64,000 bases of DNA from Octopus sinensis (Eukaryota), in contig NC_043001.1 of assembly GCF_006345805.1 (NCBI RefSeq), positions 25,668,001 through 25,732,000 of the forward strand, read 5' to 3'. The notes under the pieces are model-generated. The model worked only from the letters and a program-made list of their open reading frames with translations, made no database searches and was not told the DNA's origin. Shown in pieces: positions 36,201 through 49,150 of this stretch. The first letter of the stretch is position 1. Every line of letters begins with the position of its first letter. A program made the translations under genes and the position numbers.

Positions 36201-39200
36201 AAAATCCCTGTTTGTGAAGAATTTGTCCTTCGATGATTCAGAAGATAGTATCAGGAACAATCTGATGGAGATATTCCCTGATGCACAAAATGTTAGAATT
36301 CCATTCAGGGGGAATGCACATAGAGGGTAAGCTTTATTGAATTGCTTATCAATTAGAGAATCATATGTTTGGGTGTTCTTGTTTTGTCATATTAGATAAA
36401 GGTCTTTGCAGTAGTTTTGCAAAAAGCGACTAGATTTTAATAGTTCAAATAAGAAAGGGCTTGTCAAAAATTTTAGAAACGAGAGGGTTCCCATGTGCAA
36501 GGCTTAACTCAAACTATTTATAATATTAGTAAAACTACTGCGTATGTTTTTGTCTCATTATTATTATTATTTTTTTTTTTTACACCTAGGTTTGCCTACA
36601 TTGAGTTTAGTAGTGCTGAAGAAGTAAAGGATGCTGTTGAAAATAAACAAGGGGTTGAGTGTGGGGACCAAAAATTGTTCTTGGATTATGCAAGTGGTTC
36701 TTCAAAAAACAGAAGACGTGGCTTTAATGGTAATTTTTGCTTTTTTTTTTTTGTATTTGTATTTGTTAGGGATTCGGATTGAAACTAACTCAAGTTAGTG
36801 TGTGCATTAATATCCTATCATATGTCTGTTTTCCATGCTGGCATGGGTTCAACAGTTTAATCGGAGCTGGTAAGCCAGAGAGCCCCACCAGGCTCCAGTC
36901 ACCTGTTTTGGGTTGGTTTCTATGGCTGGATATCCTTCCTAATGCCAACTACTTCACAGAGTGTACTGGGTGCCTTTTACATTTTACCAGCATGGGTAAC
37001 TTGCAAGGCAAAGGCCCCTTGGTTGAGAGAGGGAGTGAATCAAGGGGATTAATGTGCCAGACAGGAGGTTGGAGTATGATGGAAGGACAGAGGTAGTCAT
37101 CTTACTAAGAGGAATTATCTGGCTATCCTAGTAGGAGAAGGGAGTTAGGAGAGAGAAATAGATGGTGTGGTGATGTATTGGAGTTTATCCACAGGGGAAA
37201 GTGGAGGGGAGTATAGGTTGTGCAGAGGGGATAGAGAGGGATGTTCCATGTGAGTGTGAGGGTATATGTTTGGGGATGAGGAAGACATGACTGTAGTAAG
37301 TGATAATGAGGGAAATTAGAGTGGTTGGGAAAGAGGTAGGGAAGGTATGTGAGGCATGGGGAGCATGTAGACAGACACATGAGAGAGTGGAGGGGCCTGC
37401 AGCATGTGAGGTGCATGAGGGAGGAGTCTGGTGGCAGTTTGACAGAAGTTGGGTATTGTGTGGGTGTGGGGTGGGGATATGGCTGAAAAGGACATGCGTG
37501 CATATGTGGATAACCTCAAATTCACTTGGCTTGTGTCTTCTCAAGCAGGAAAATTGCCAGAAGTCTCAGTCTCTTGTCATCTCCTCTAAGAGGCTCCATC
37601 TCACTTCACATCTTCTTGGGTTCCTTGCACAGTTAGGGATCAGTACTTCTTTATGCAGCTGTTCTCATCCATACCAGCACACTCTTCTGTCTTGCACACT
37701 ACATCTGATGCCTCTCATAGCCACTACACACACATACACACACTTGATTTTTTTTTTATATTTTAGATCAACCTGAAGAATCCAGTGTGCTGTTAATTAG
37801 AAATCTATCCTATGATTCAACAGAGGATTCTTTGCGATCATATTTCAAAGATGCTACTGATGTACGAATACCAATGTATTCAGATACTGGAAAGCTAAAG
37901 GGGTATGTAAAGATAGCTGCTGCATCGCTTAGGATGTTTTTAATTTCTGGCTGATCATTTGTATGTTTTCCTTTTTAACATCAGTTATGTTTGTTGATTG
38001 CTCTTGAAAAAGGACATTTATTTATTTTGTTTAGAATTGCTTTTGTGGAATTTGAATCTGCATCAAAAGCTAAAAGTGCTTTAAACAAACATGATGACTC
38101 TAACATTGATGGCAGAACTGTTCGATGTTGCTTTGCTAGAAACAGGGGTGATGGTGATGGAAGAAGTAGTGGAGGTACAGTAACTTTTGATTTACTTCAT
38201 TTTGTTAGAGTGGATTGTGACATCTGACACAATCTGATTGTATAGGGTGTTGGTCTGAAATATTTTAAATATTGGTATATTTTACTCTCTTATACTTGTT
38301 TCGGTCATTTGACTGCGGCCATGCTGGAGCACCGCCTTTAGTCGAGCAAATCGACCCCGGGACTTATTCTTTGTAAGCCCAGTACTTATTCTATCGGTCT
38401 CTTTTTGCCGAACCGCTAAGTGACGGGGACGTAAACACACCAGCATCGGTTGTCAAGCAATGCTAGGAGGACAAACACAGACACACAAACACACACACAT
38501 ACATATGTATATATACGACAGGCTTCTTTCAGTTTCCGTCTACCAAATCCACTCACAAGGCATTGGTTGGCCCGGGGCTATAACAGAAGACACTTGCCCA
38601 AGATGCCACGCAGTGGGACTGAACCCGGAACCATGTGGTTGGTTAGCAAGCTACTTACCACACAGCCACTCCTGCGCCTATTTTATTTAACCCTTTAACG
38701 ATCGGATTACTTTGTCAAATGTAATGCTTATTTACTCACACTGTTTTCAATTAATTATGTGTTACCTTGTAGCTTTGAGATTTTGATGATATAAATGTAT
38801 ATTTTAAGAATGATATCATAGGGTACGTGTGAGAGTTGAGAGCTGGCTGGTTTGAGCATAAAACAGGTAGAATATTTGAGCCAGTTAGGGCCGGTTTAAA
38901 TGCTAAAGGGTTGTGTTCTTACTTCAGCTTTTATGCAGTAAACATGTTAAAATTATATTCAGATAATTGAACTTCTAATTTCTTTGTACCTCTAAATATT
39001 GACATTGAGCTCATCACTACAGTCAGGTGTTAATAGACAATTCTTTTTTCGAGACCAACAAAGATATTTGCTGACTGTTTTGTTAACGTCTGGCTGTTTT
39101 AATTAGTTTTGAGGTGTCTATGAGAAATTCTTTTCATGACCGTCATAATATTGTTTAGTGGCTAGTTCAGTTATTTTTTTTATCACACTTTAACCTTTAA

Positions 39201-40213
39201 GTCCTTTTATTACCATATTTCTGTTAAATCACACTGACTTTGTTTTAATTATTTTTGAAAATAATGAATTTATTAAGATAACTTTGTCAGGCGTGGATTT
39301 ATGGTAAAAAGTTTGCTTCCAAACCTGGGTTCAGTTCCACTGTGTGTCACTTTGGGCAAGTATCTTCTACTATAGCCTCAGGGCAACCAAAGCCTTGTGA
39401 ATGGATTTTTGTAGATAGAAACTGAAAGAAGCTTGTCGTATGTGTGTATGTGTGCATTTGTACCCCACCAGTTAACTAGTGTTAGTGTGTTTACACCCTG
39501 TAACTTAGCAGTTCGGCATAAGAGATTAATAGAATAAGTACTAGGTTTTAAAAAAAAGATGTCCTAGAGTCAATTCATTTGACTAAAATTCTTCAAATTG
39601 ATGCCCCAGGATGGCCACTGTCTAATGACAAACAAGTAAAAGACAAATGATTATTATTAAGTTAATGTATGGAATATAAATTGACATGAAATTTTGATGC
39701 AAAGTTTAATTTAAAACAAGAAATTTCTATCATAGAACCAAGGTCAGTTTTAGGTGGATTTGTATTAAAAAAAGGTTAAGCCTTGTATAAACCAGATAAT
39801 TAATAGATTGTTTTCAGGAGTTAAGACGTGTGATTTTCTTAGTTTGAAATTTGATTGTGCAGGTTACAGTGGTAGACATAGTGGCGGAGGTTACGGAGGA
39901 CGTCGTGGTGGTGGTGGCGGTGGCGGTTATGGCAGACGTGGTGGTGGTGGTAGTGGTAGTGGTGGTGGTGGTAGTGGTGGAGGTGGCAGACGTTTTGGTG
40001 GTGGAGGACGAAGTAGCTTTGGAGGTATGTAAGGCCTTTTTTCTTTCTTTTTTCTTTTCTTTTGTTTTTGATCTTGTGTTTTGTATTTGAAGTTTGAGAT
40101 AAATAAATGAATATTAATTTACTTGTGATATTTTCTAAACAATTTTTTTTTTTTTTGCTTGTTTGTTTTTTAAAGGAACCGGGAAGAAAAAGACTTTCAG
40201 TGACAGCGACTGA
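24208..40213 (+). CDS. NCL: Nucleolin-like protein, copy B (14 exons, about 502 aa: acidic domain, bipartite NLS, 3 RRMs, GAR tail)
   Basis: Exons, all GT-AG and phase-compatible: 24208-24228, 29543-29623, 31099-31150, 32463-32684, 32809-32862, 33438-33509, 35713-35830, 35921-36057, 36191-36326, 36590-36729, 37767-37902, 38035-38174, 39863-40024, 40176-40213 (1509 nt). Motifs MAAKKNKTPKK, TPAKK, poly-E/D, KKRKKETDDGKNAKKAK, RGFAYIEF, KGIAFVEF and GKKKTFSDSD-stop. Confidence 0.92.
24920..25425 (+). other. Highly conserved non-coding block, copy B intron 1
   Basis: Counterpart of 17935-18470, in the same orientation and position relative to exon 1. Confidence 0.9.
25455..25860 (+). mobile_element. 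Young tRNA-derived SINE with internal tandem duplication
   Basis: The body from GTATTTCGTCTGC to AAAGAAATA occurs twice (about 25514-25677 and 25678-25856); CpGs are intact. Confidence 0.8.
26283..28941. mobile_element. Non-autonomous foldback / long-TIR element in copy B intron 1
   Basis: Termini GGCATAACTACA...TGTAGTTATGCC, with about 150 bp or more of inverted similarity. Flanked by GTTGCTGT/ATTGCTAT (possible 8-bp TSD). Absent at the homologous site of copy A. A related fragment lies at about 34040-34260. Confidence 0.7.
29999..30030. repeat. (TA)n microsatellite
   Basis: Pure TA run. Others at about 30225-30252, 53034-53067 and 53213-53268; (CA)n at about 21917-21941 and 62453-62490. 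Confidence 0.95.
30375..30830 (-). mobile_element. RTE-type 3' end
   Basis: (CAT)n, tail motif and stem-loop units, then the end of the RT ORF (VVRHDLRTLGLTEAMTKDRG-like on the minus strand). Confidence 0.75.
31897..32285 (+). mobile_element. tRNA-derived SINE with intact Pol III boxes
   Basis: A box TGGCCCAGTGG and B box GGTTTCGATTCCC, followed by about 300 bp of non-tRNA body. A related head lies at about 41755-41825 (-). Confidence 0.8.
35165..35518. repeat. Near-perfect 178-bp tandem duplication in copy B intron 6
   Basis: 35165-35342 is repeated at 35343-35518 with only a few differences. Confidence 0.92.
38280..38680 (-). mobile_element. tRNA-derived SINE with CORE-like domain
   Basis: The minus strand reads GGCTGTGTGGTAAG...GGTTCAGTCCCACTGCGTGGCATCTTGGGCAAGTGTCTTC. 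Copies at about 39285-39640 (+), 40700-41030 (+), 43370-43590 (-), 49190-49530 (-), 56815-57130 (-), 57915-58035 (-) and 62290-62430 (-). Confidence 0.8.
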
Positions 40214-40420
40214 TGGTATTTAGCAGCATGGAAGTGAGAGCTGTGGCTTTTGTACCTATTGAGTGATAGATGGTCATTTCACCTTATTTTATGAATTCAA
40301 TCACAAACATCTAATGACACCAGTAAAGTCATTTTAAATTCTGTTTTAAACATATGTGATTTCATTTGTACATAATCATGAGTTTTTTTCACCATTGATA
40401 TTGTATGTAAATTTAATCTG

Positions 40421-40426
40421 ATTAAA
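40421..40426 (+). promoter_or_regulatory. Candidate poly(A) signal ATTAAA of copy B
   Basis: About 210 nt after the stop codon, followed by a U/GU-rich tract (TTTTGTGTTTTTTTTTT). Conserved in copy A. Confidence 0.6.
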
Positions 40427-41554
40427 ATATTCAAAATATTTGCATTTTGTGTTTTTTTTTTCTGAATAATTTCCTGGAGTTGTTAATGAGTATTTTGTGC
40501 AATCACAAAAGCTAATGAAAGGATGTGTTGAAGTGTGGTTAATGCTTTACTGTGATATATCAAGCAGCAACCAGCTTATTTCTTGTGAGTGGAAATTAAC
40601 TGACAGTAGCAATTTGATACTTGCTTTGTAAATGATAAATGCCATTGTGACTTCTTTCACAGAGGATTTGAGTTTCATCATCATATAGGACACAGGAGTG
40701 ACTGTGTGGTAAGTAGCTTGCTTAACAACCACATGGTTCCAGGTTCAGCCCCACTGTGTGGCACCTTGGGAAAGCGTCTTCTACTTTAGCCTCGGACCAA
40801 CCAAAGCCTTGTGAGTGGATTTCATAGACGGAAACTGAAAGAAGCCTGTCGTCCTCCCCACCATCACTTGACAACAAATGTTGGTGTGTTTATGTCCCTG
40901 TAACTTAGCAGTTTGGCAATAGAGGCCGATAGAATAAGTATTAGGCTTACAAAGAATAAATTCTGGGGTTGATTTGTTCGAGTAAAGACGGTGCTCCAAC
41001 ATGGCCACAATCAAATGACTGAAACATAAATGAATCATCGTGATTGTTTATTGTCCGTCTTCTATACTGGTATATGTTGGTCGGTTTGACATGGAGCCGG
41101 CCAAACTCCAATTGTCTTGTGGTATAGGTTATACAGCTGGATGCCCTTCCTAACACCAACCACTTAACAGAGTGTGCTGAGTGCTTTTTATGTACCACTG
41201 GCACAACAGAAAGAAGATTGATTCCATTGGCTGAAGTCAAGCTATCTGTTGGCTTTAATTGACCTTTATGCAAGTTGGCACAGACTGAGTGACAAAGACG
41301 TTCCTAGTAACAGATTCCCATTTCTTTTTGCCAAAACCTTAGTACAACATTCATAAAGCATGACTCCAACGACTGTTAAGCATATTGCACTTCATGTTAA
41401 CTTGTGGTACTGTTTTCAGTTCATAGTTTTGAAATGTGGAAGCAGCTACCTAAACATCATCATATATTGGGTGAGTAACAATTAGGATTTGTATCTGTTT
41501 GTCCATGTGGGTTCCATACACTGTGTAGTGGTTTTCTTGTTTGTTCCTTCTCGA

Positions 41555-41830
41555 GCCACGCCTGGCTCATAAGGGCCAGTTTCCTTGGCGTATAGGGTCC
41601 ACATCTGGACAGAACGCCAGTCCGTTGCAGGTGAGCTGCAAGATGCAGTAGGAAAGAGTAAAAGAAAATTGTGAAAGAGTCAGCAGAAGTTCACCATTAC
41701 CTTCTGCTGCAGCTGTGTGGAGCTTAGGTGTTTTCGCTCATAAACACACTCATTACACGGTCTGAGATTTGAACCCACAATCCCTTGACTGCGAGTCCGT
41801 TGCTCTAACCACTAGGCCATGTGCCTCCAC
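41555..41830 (-). mobile_element. tRNA-derived SINE
   Basis: Minus-strand head TGGCCTAGTGGTTAGAGCAACGGACTCGCAG...GGTTCAAATCTC; the body is partly shared with the 31897 element. Confidence 0.7.
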
Positions 41831-44034
41831 CTGTATAGTGGTGATACCTAAGAAAACCAGGGGTAGATAAATGACTTGTGAGAGCAACACAAGCTTTATA
41901 TTACATCTGTTAGCAATGTTTATCAAGCATTTAGGCTGGTTGTCCAATAGTTTTGTTCTTGTTTCTTTCCTATTTATTATACTTCTCTCTATCATAACAA
42001 AGAATTTAAGATTGGGTGTCCTTAAAAACTGTACCAACAACTCACTTTGCAAAGTTGAATCAAAGAACGAGTTCCAAACAAAAGCAGCCTAGAATCAAGT
42101 CTAAAATTAAATGTTGCAAGAAATATTGGACTGTACAGCCATGCTTAATGTACGGAAAAAGAGTTGGTGGGAATTCTACTGTGTGTTGATGGATGATATG
42201 CAGAGATCACTGGCAGGTTGAAATAGATTTTGTACCAGATATACTGAGTAGTTAGTATGAGTATCCATGAAACATTCTTTCAATAGCTACTATTACTCAG
42301 CGACTTAATCAGCAGTGGAGGTGAGGTGAGTGCTCTTAAGACATAGTATCCAAAATAAGAAAGCAGAAAATGTTCAAGAAGCTATTGCACCTGTTGGGAA
42401 CAAGAATTCTCTCCAAGTGAAGGGTTGAATGGCTATATGTTTTTACACAAAGTGCAATATTGCATGGTAACAAATCAAGGGCATTAAATGCAGAAAATGT
42501 GCAAAGGCTAAAAAGAAAGGATGCATTCTTTGTTCAATGTGTAATGTTAGTGTACCTGAATGATGAAACAAATATGTTGTGATGAACATGCAAGCCAGAT
42601 AAATGTACTCTTTAGGAAACAAGATAGCAGCTGCTAGTTATGAATGCTCTGTCTTAATCATTCTAGCATGGAAAATGTATGTTAACCCTTTTGTTACTAA
42701 CCTGGCCAGAACTGGCTCTGTGGTAAAATGTCTTGTTTTCATAAGTTTTGAATTAAAATATTCCAAGCCTTAGTCACAATTTACGTTCCTAACACTAGCT
42801 TAATGATAACTAAGTTATTTTACTAAATTCTTTATGTTTAAAATAATTGAAAGAAACACGGAGCATCTCAAAATAAATACAGTAATGAAAGCGTTAAATG
42901 ATGATAATGGTAATTCTCTTATTTTTATATAGTTTTACAATTGTCTAAATAAGGATACAACTTTCAGTTTTTTTTTGTAATAGTTTTATTAGCTTTAGCT
43001 GGATGATTTGTTTTTAAAATGTCAAGATGTCTTAAAGGTTTTAAAATTTCAGCTGAAAGAGTATTATAAAATGAAAGACGTTTTATTTTTAGGGCAGTGG
43101 GGTCAAGAGAATTATCACAAACTATATGTAATCATTTTGGTGTTGTTGACACTTTGTCCACTTGACATCAAGGGCGGAGCAAGGACATAGCAATACCTGC
43201 ACTCTCGCTATTGTTGCATTGGTTTGCAAAATGAAGTTTTAATGTACTCCTGGTCAAACCTTAATCATTCTATGTTGGTGAATGGAGGGAAAATACTATT
43301 ATTGTTTTAAATTCAACTGATCTGGATCTTGTTACAAACTTTGATGTCCATACAATAAGGGTATTCTTTTACTTGTTTCAGTCCTTTGACTGGCCATGCT
43401 GAAGCACCACCTTTTAGTTGAGCAAATTGACTGCAGGATTTGTAAGCCTAGTACTTATTCCATCAGTTCTTTAGCCGAACTGCTAAGTTACAGGGATGTA
43501 AACACATCAGCATCGGTTGTCAAGCAATGTTGGGGGAACAAACACAGACACAAACATACACACGCATACATACATATATATATATATAATAATTATTATT
43601 TGAGGGAATAAAATCCAAAACTTACAAGGAAAAAAATTCAATTTAGAAATACTAAATCAAATTTCACACAATATAATATATATATAAAAAGTTAGAAAAA
43701 AACCAATTTTCATTAATTCAAAAGGAACAATTAAATTACACCATCTAGAAAATTATATATATATATATTTGGAGACCAAATTCACTCACAATGCTTTGGT
43801 CGGCCCGAGGCTGTGATACTTAATTTTTTTAGTTTTCTGATAAATAACATAACACTCTTGATGATTTGGGTAAATACTAGTTTTAAAGTAATTTGATTTA
43901 TGTACCACAATTATGTAATTATACATTTGGCAGTGTTTATCTTAATGAAACAGCTGTTGACTACAACTGAAGTATGCTCTATTTGAAATTTATGCTAAAA
44001 ACGTTGCTCTTAAAGATAATATTAACCAACTATA

Positions 44035-45260
44035 TCATCATCATCATTTAACGCCCGCTTTCCATGCTAGCATGGGTTGGATGGTTCAACTGGGGTCTTG
44101 GAAGCCCGAAGGCTGCACCAGGCCAGTCAGATCTGGCAGAGTTTCTACAGCTGGATGCCCTTCCTAATGCCAACCACTCCGTGAGTGTAGTGGGTGCTTT
44201 TTATGTGCCACCGACACAGGTGCCAGACGAGGCTGGCGAACGGCCACGCTTGGATGGTGTTTGTTACGTGCCACCAGAACAGAGGCCAGTCGATGCGGTA
44301 TTGGCTACAGCCACGTTCGGATGGTTTTCTTATGTGTCACCGGCACTGGTACCACAAAACTACAAATTCCATTGATGTTGATCGATTTTGATTTTTGATT
44401 TTCACTTGCCTCAACAGGTCTTCACAAGTAGAGTTATGCGTCCCAAGAAAGAAGGTATGCACAGGTGGACTGACTACGTCCCAGGTAGGGGCCATGGGTT
44501 ATGGCCTCACTTGTCCTGCTGGGTCTTCTCGCGCACAGCATACTTCCAAAGGTCTCGGTGAGACCTAAAGAGCGAAGGTCGTTCTTCACCACCTCGTCCC
44601 AGGTTTTCCTGGGTCTACCTCTTCCACAGGTTCCCTCAACCGCTAGGGTGTGGCACTTTTTCACACAACTATCTTCATCCATTCTTACTACGTGTCCATA
44701 CCAGCGTAGACGCCTCTCTTGCACACCACATCTGATGCTTCTTAGGTTCAACTTTTCTCTCAAGGCACTTACACTCTGTCAGGTATGAACACTGACATTA
44801 CACATCCAATGGAGCATACTGGCTTCATTTCTTGCGAGCTTACGCATATCCTCAGCAGTCATACAGTCTGCCTTTTACTCTGAGCGAGAGACCTTTTGTC
44901 ACCAGCAGAGGTAAGAGCTCTCTGAACTTTGCCCAGGCTATTCTTACTCTAGCAGTTACACTTTCGGCACACCCACCCCCGCTACTGACTTGGTCACCTA
45001 GGTAATGGAAACTATCAACTATTTCAAGTTTTTCTCCCTGGAATGTGGCGGAAGATGGTCTCTGCGCATTTTCAGTGTTTATTGCACCAGAGCATCTGCC
45101 ATATACAAAAACTATATTCCTAGTTAGCCTTCCTTTGACATTGCTGCACCTCTTATGTGTCCATAGCTTACACTTGGTGCATCTTATAGAGTTCCTACCT
45201 ACGCCTTTTCTACAGATCGAGCAGGGCTATCTACCTGAAGGTGTTTGAGATTTGTCTACC
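44035..45260 (-). mobile_element. 5'-truncated RTE LINE
   Basis: ORF pieces PCSICRKGVGRNSIRCTKCKLWTHKRC, WAKFRELLPLLVTK and QERRLRWYGHVVRM...RGRPRKTWDEVV, then the tail and (ATG)n. Confidence 0.88.
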
Positions 45261-46224
45261 TTCCTTTGGTCCCATTTGAATTTGTTGCAATGTAATAACT
45301 TGTCATAGTTTAATGACATGCTATTGAGCTCTTAATTACTGTGTATTTATTTCTTGATGTTTATATATCAATTCTTTATATGGATATAATGTATTCAGAC
45401 ATAGCTGTGAGGTTAAGGAATTCACTTTTGTAATGCCTTTTTTTCTAAATTTGGCTCAGTTGCCTGGCACTTTCCATATATGTTTCCAACTGTTACCTTG
45501 AGTTGTCTAATGCTCTGTAAATGAAATTTTGTTGGTGGAAATTGTGTAGAAGTTTGTTATGTACATATATGTGTATCTGTATTTATGTTTATTTCATTTA
45601 AAAAAACCAATGTGGGTAACTATATCCTATAACTTAACAGTCTGACAAATAGAGAGTGATAAAATAAGTAACATACTGAAATAAGAATTCAGCAATAGTG
45701 TAAGCATAGTCCAATTACTGAAACCAGTTAAAAAAATGTGGGTGTTTGTATGTATAATGAAATCTTATCATTTTCACACTATTCCTTGCTAAACTAATCC
45801 AACCATAGTACTAAATTCCTTTTTCATTGCTTTCAATTTTATCTACATCATACCTAGACTTATCTGCTGCCATTCCTCTAGTCCTCTTATCAGCAATCTT
45901 CAAAAACAAAGATATTCACTAAAATAATACATATGCACTCTACCATTAATAACACTTAGCACTACTTCAAATTTGTTGACCACCCAATTGTTTCAAGTGG
46001 AATTGTCCAAGGAGGTGGTACAAACTTAGCAATATGTGTTTTATGGTGATAACAAAATTTCCAATCGAATGGCAATTTTCTGTTCTAGTTTAACTGTTTT
46101 AAGTTGTCATGGAAACGCGACCTAGGTTGCAAATAGGCATATGAGTATCATATAAATTTTATAATTGAAAAATTGACTATATTTTGAACATACAATTGCA
46201 CCCATGGGCAGGGGTTTACCCGCC

Positions 46225-46530
46225 CCTGGGTTAGAGCATCAGGCTTACAATCATGAGGTAGTGAGTTTGATTCCCGGACTGGGCTCTGTATTGCGTTCTT
46301 GAGCAAGACACTTTACTTCACACTGCTCCAGTTCACTGAGCTGTAGAAACGAGTTGTGACAGCACTGGTGCCAAGCTGTACTGGCCTTTGCCTTTCCCTT
46401 GGAGAACATCAGTGGTGTGAAGTGGGGAGGACGGTGTGCATGGGCAACTACTGGTTTTCCATAAACAACCTTGCTCAGACTTGTGCCTCAGAGGATAACT
46501 TTCTAGGTGCAATCCCATGGTAATTCATGA
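46225..46530 (+). mobile_element. tRNA-derived SINE, third family
   Basis: GGTTAGAGC...GAGTTTGATTCCCGG head followed by TTCTTGAGCAAGACACTTTA (CORE-like). Confidence 0.65.
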
Positions 46531-48849
46531 TCAAAAGGGATCCAGTCAATCATTTTTCTGTTCATATTGCAACTTATTTAAAATCGTTTCTGCCAGTTAT
46601 GTCTCATACTATTTTAAATTTGCGATGGTGAAATCACATGACAGGGTGCTTATGGTGTTTGGTGCACAATCATAAAAGTCATAATTTTGATTCTCAGACC
46701 ATGTTATGTCCTGGAGGAACATGCTTCATTTCACATTTCTTCAATCTGCTCAGCTGTAATAAAGAGTACCAGCTACAGTGCTGGTACAATCCTCCCACTT
46801 GCAAGGCATCATATCTTGGATGTTCCACTCGATTAAGGATGAGGAGGCTGAGATGGTGTCTATGTCTGTTCACTACTACACAGGCATCTAAGACAATCAG
46901 GGAAGGCATGGTACATGTTAACAAGACATACTCATCAATAAGTGACAAGCTGGCTGTACTAAGTTTGCAATGAAGCAGAGAAGTATCTTTGAATTTGAAT
47001 TGTTACATGAAAACTCATGATATTACTTATATGAAATTTACCCGTCTCCATAGTTTTCTGGCTGAACTTTGTTCAGGCTATAACAAAAATGCTGGTGCTG
47101 ACACTGCTTGATGTTAGTAATGAGACTTGTGCATTATGTAATTACAATAAGCTATTTTTTTAAATGTGCAATTTGTAAAAAAAACTGGGGTGCAGTTAGA
47201 TGCATTGTTTGAAAAATGGTGGAATTGGTATGAAAAAAAAACCTCTCTCAAATTCACAAATTTTGTCCTTATACTATCATTCATTGTTAAACTTAATCAT
47301 TTTTTCAATTTTGTTGTGGTGCTAGTTATAGAAGAACATTTCATCACAATTAAGCGAATTGCCAGGCTACTTTTTATATTGAAATTGCACTAATTTTCTA
47401 GCAGTAAATGCACTACAAAGCACACAAATATTAATTATGTTATCATTTTAGTAACACAAGCTGAAGTTAAAGTAGCCTTTATTCATGAAAAGTAGGCCAA
47501 AGTTGTATCTTCCCCTGGAAACCTGCAGCAATCTCAAAAGAAAATAAATTTCATACATGTTAGCACTCCTTATCAATTTTAATCATGACAAAACAACATT
47601 TTAAACACTTTAATCTTAAAAGCACAAGCTGTAACTGAGTGTTTAAATGAAGTTTTGAAAAGTAACAATGAAGTTAAGGAACAAATGCAAAATTTAAGGA
47701 GCATTAGAACACTAAAAGGAAAATCTATAATAAAAAATGGTTTCAAATTTTGGCACAAGGCCAGCAATTTCTGGGTGGGGTAAGTTGATTACATTGACCC
47801 CAGTGCTCAATTGGTACTTATTTTATTGACCTTGGAAGGGTGAAAGGAAAAGTCAAGCTCATCGGAAATTGAACACAGAATGAAATGCTGTTGAGCATTT
47901 TTGTCTGGCATGCTAATTATTCTGCCAGTTTGCTGCCACAAAAGTCTGTAATAAATAATAACACAATTAGAACACTTGTGTACACACCTCATTAAGAACT
48001 GAATGTTGAATGCATACTCATCATTAAACTGCCAGAGAAATTTTTGAATGACGACTCCTATCTCATTGTAACTCTCATATCAATTCCCTTCAACATCACT
48101 GACCATATATATACATATATATATATAACCCCCCAAAAAAACAATATATATATAACCCCCCAAATATTTCAAAATTTTGATGAGGCATTTAAAAATAATC
48201 TGATTTCAATTATTGCTTGAATAAATTTTTGACCCCCTTCCAACAAATATACTCCTACTTTTTGACCTCAAGAATTCTCTTTTTGCCTCCAGTGAGTGGG
48301 GTGACACAAACTGCCGCCATTGAGAAATACTGATCTAGGACCTCAAGTTTTGTAATCTTCGCTGATCACTACTTCTCATTTGTTATGCATATTTCTGTTG
48401 CAAATACCTGAGCAGCATACACAAGTGGATTCATCCTGAAAATTTATCTCTGTTTCAATACAATTGTAATTACCTGCAGAAAATTTCAAATACTGAACCT
48501 ATTTATACAACATACAATTTTTTAAATGAAGTCTACACCCTCTATATAGTTTATGAAGAGTCACCTAACATCTTGCATACATTAGTGAGGTTTGATTGAA
48601 ATATCCAACTAAATTGCAAACTGAAAAATATGTCTAAAATGTTGATGAACATTTTCCACAATGTTGAAAAATGGTTTCAGCAAAAGTTTCTTTTCCAGTA
48701 AATTATTTTGAAAGCAGTTGCTTGAAGTGATATATTTTTGGAGCATTAATATTGATCCCATAATTAATTATTCAAGAATGCAAATTGAATAAAACTGGAA
48801 CTTGGCATATGTTTATGTGGCTTGTATGTTGCACTTAGGTTCCAAACTA

Positions 48850-49150
48850 TATGATTGTTCATAGAATCTTTACAAATAAGATCAGATGTGGTCCCAGGAA
48901 TTTTTCAAAGGAAGGGCACAAGGTTAGAAGCAGCACTGGATTAACCATTAAGCAAAATATGTACATGCTTACGGCATCAAGGGAAGGAGGGGGCACTACA
49001 GAAATGGTCAATGATTTATCGTACAAGAGAAATCACTTTAAACTTGCTAAAATAATATTCGGGATGCCAGATGTGTTACCTAAAATTAATTTTGAGGATG
49101 TGATTGAAGACTTTCCAATTCAAAAAAGTTGGAGGAAGCTTTTCAAATAT
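48850..49150 (+). mobile_element. Possible hAT transposase C-terminal relic
   Basis: ORF 48851-49213 contains INFEDVIEDFPIQKSWRK, resembling the hAT dimerisation-domain end (xDFDDIIDxFAxxKxRK). The match is short. Confidence 0.35.

Noticed and set aside
46638-46973. Overlapping 111-aa and 84-aa ORFs
   Set aside because: No recognisable domain, splice context or codon pattern; at most an old TE relic.
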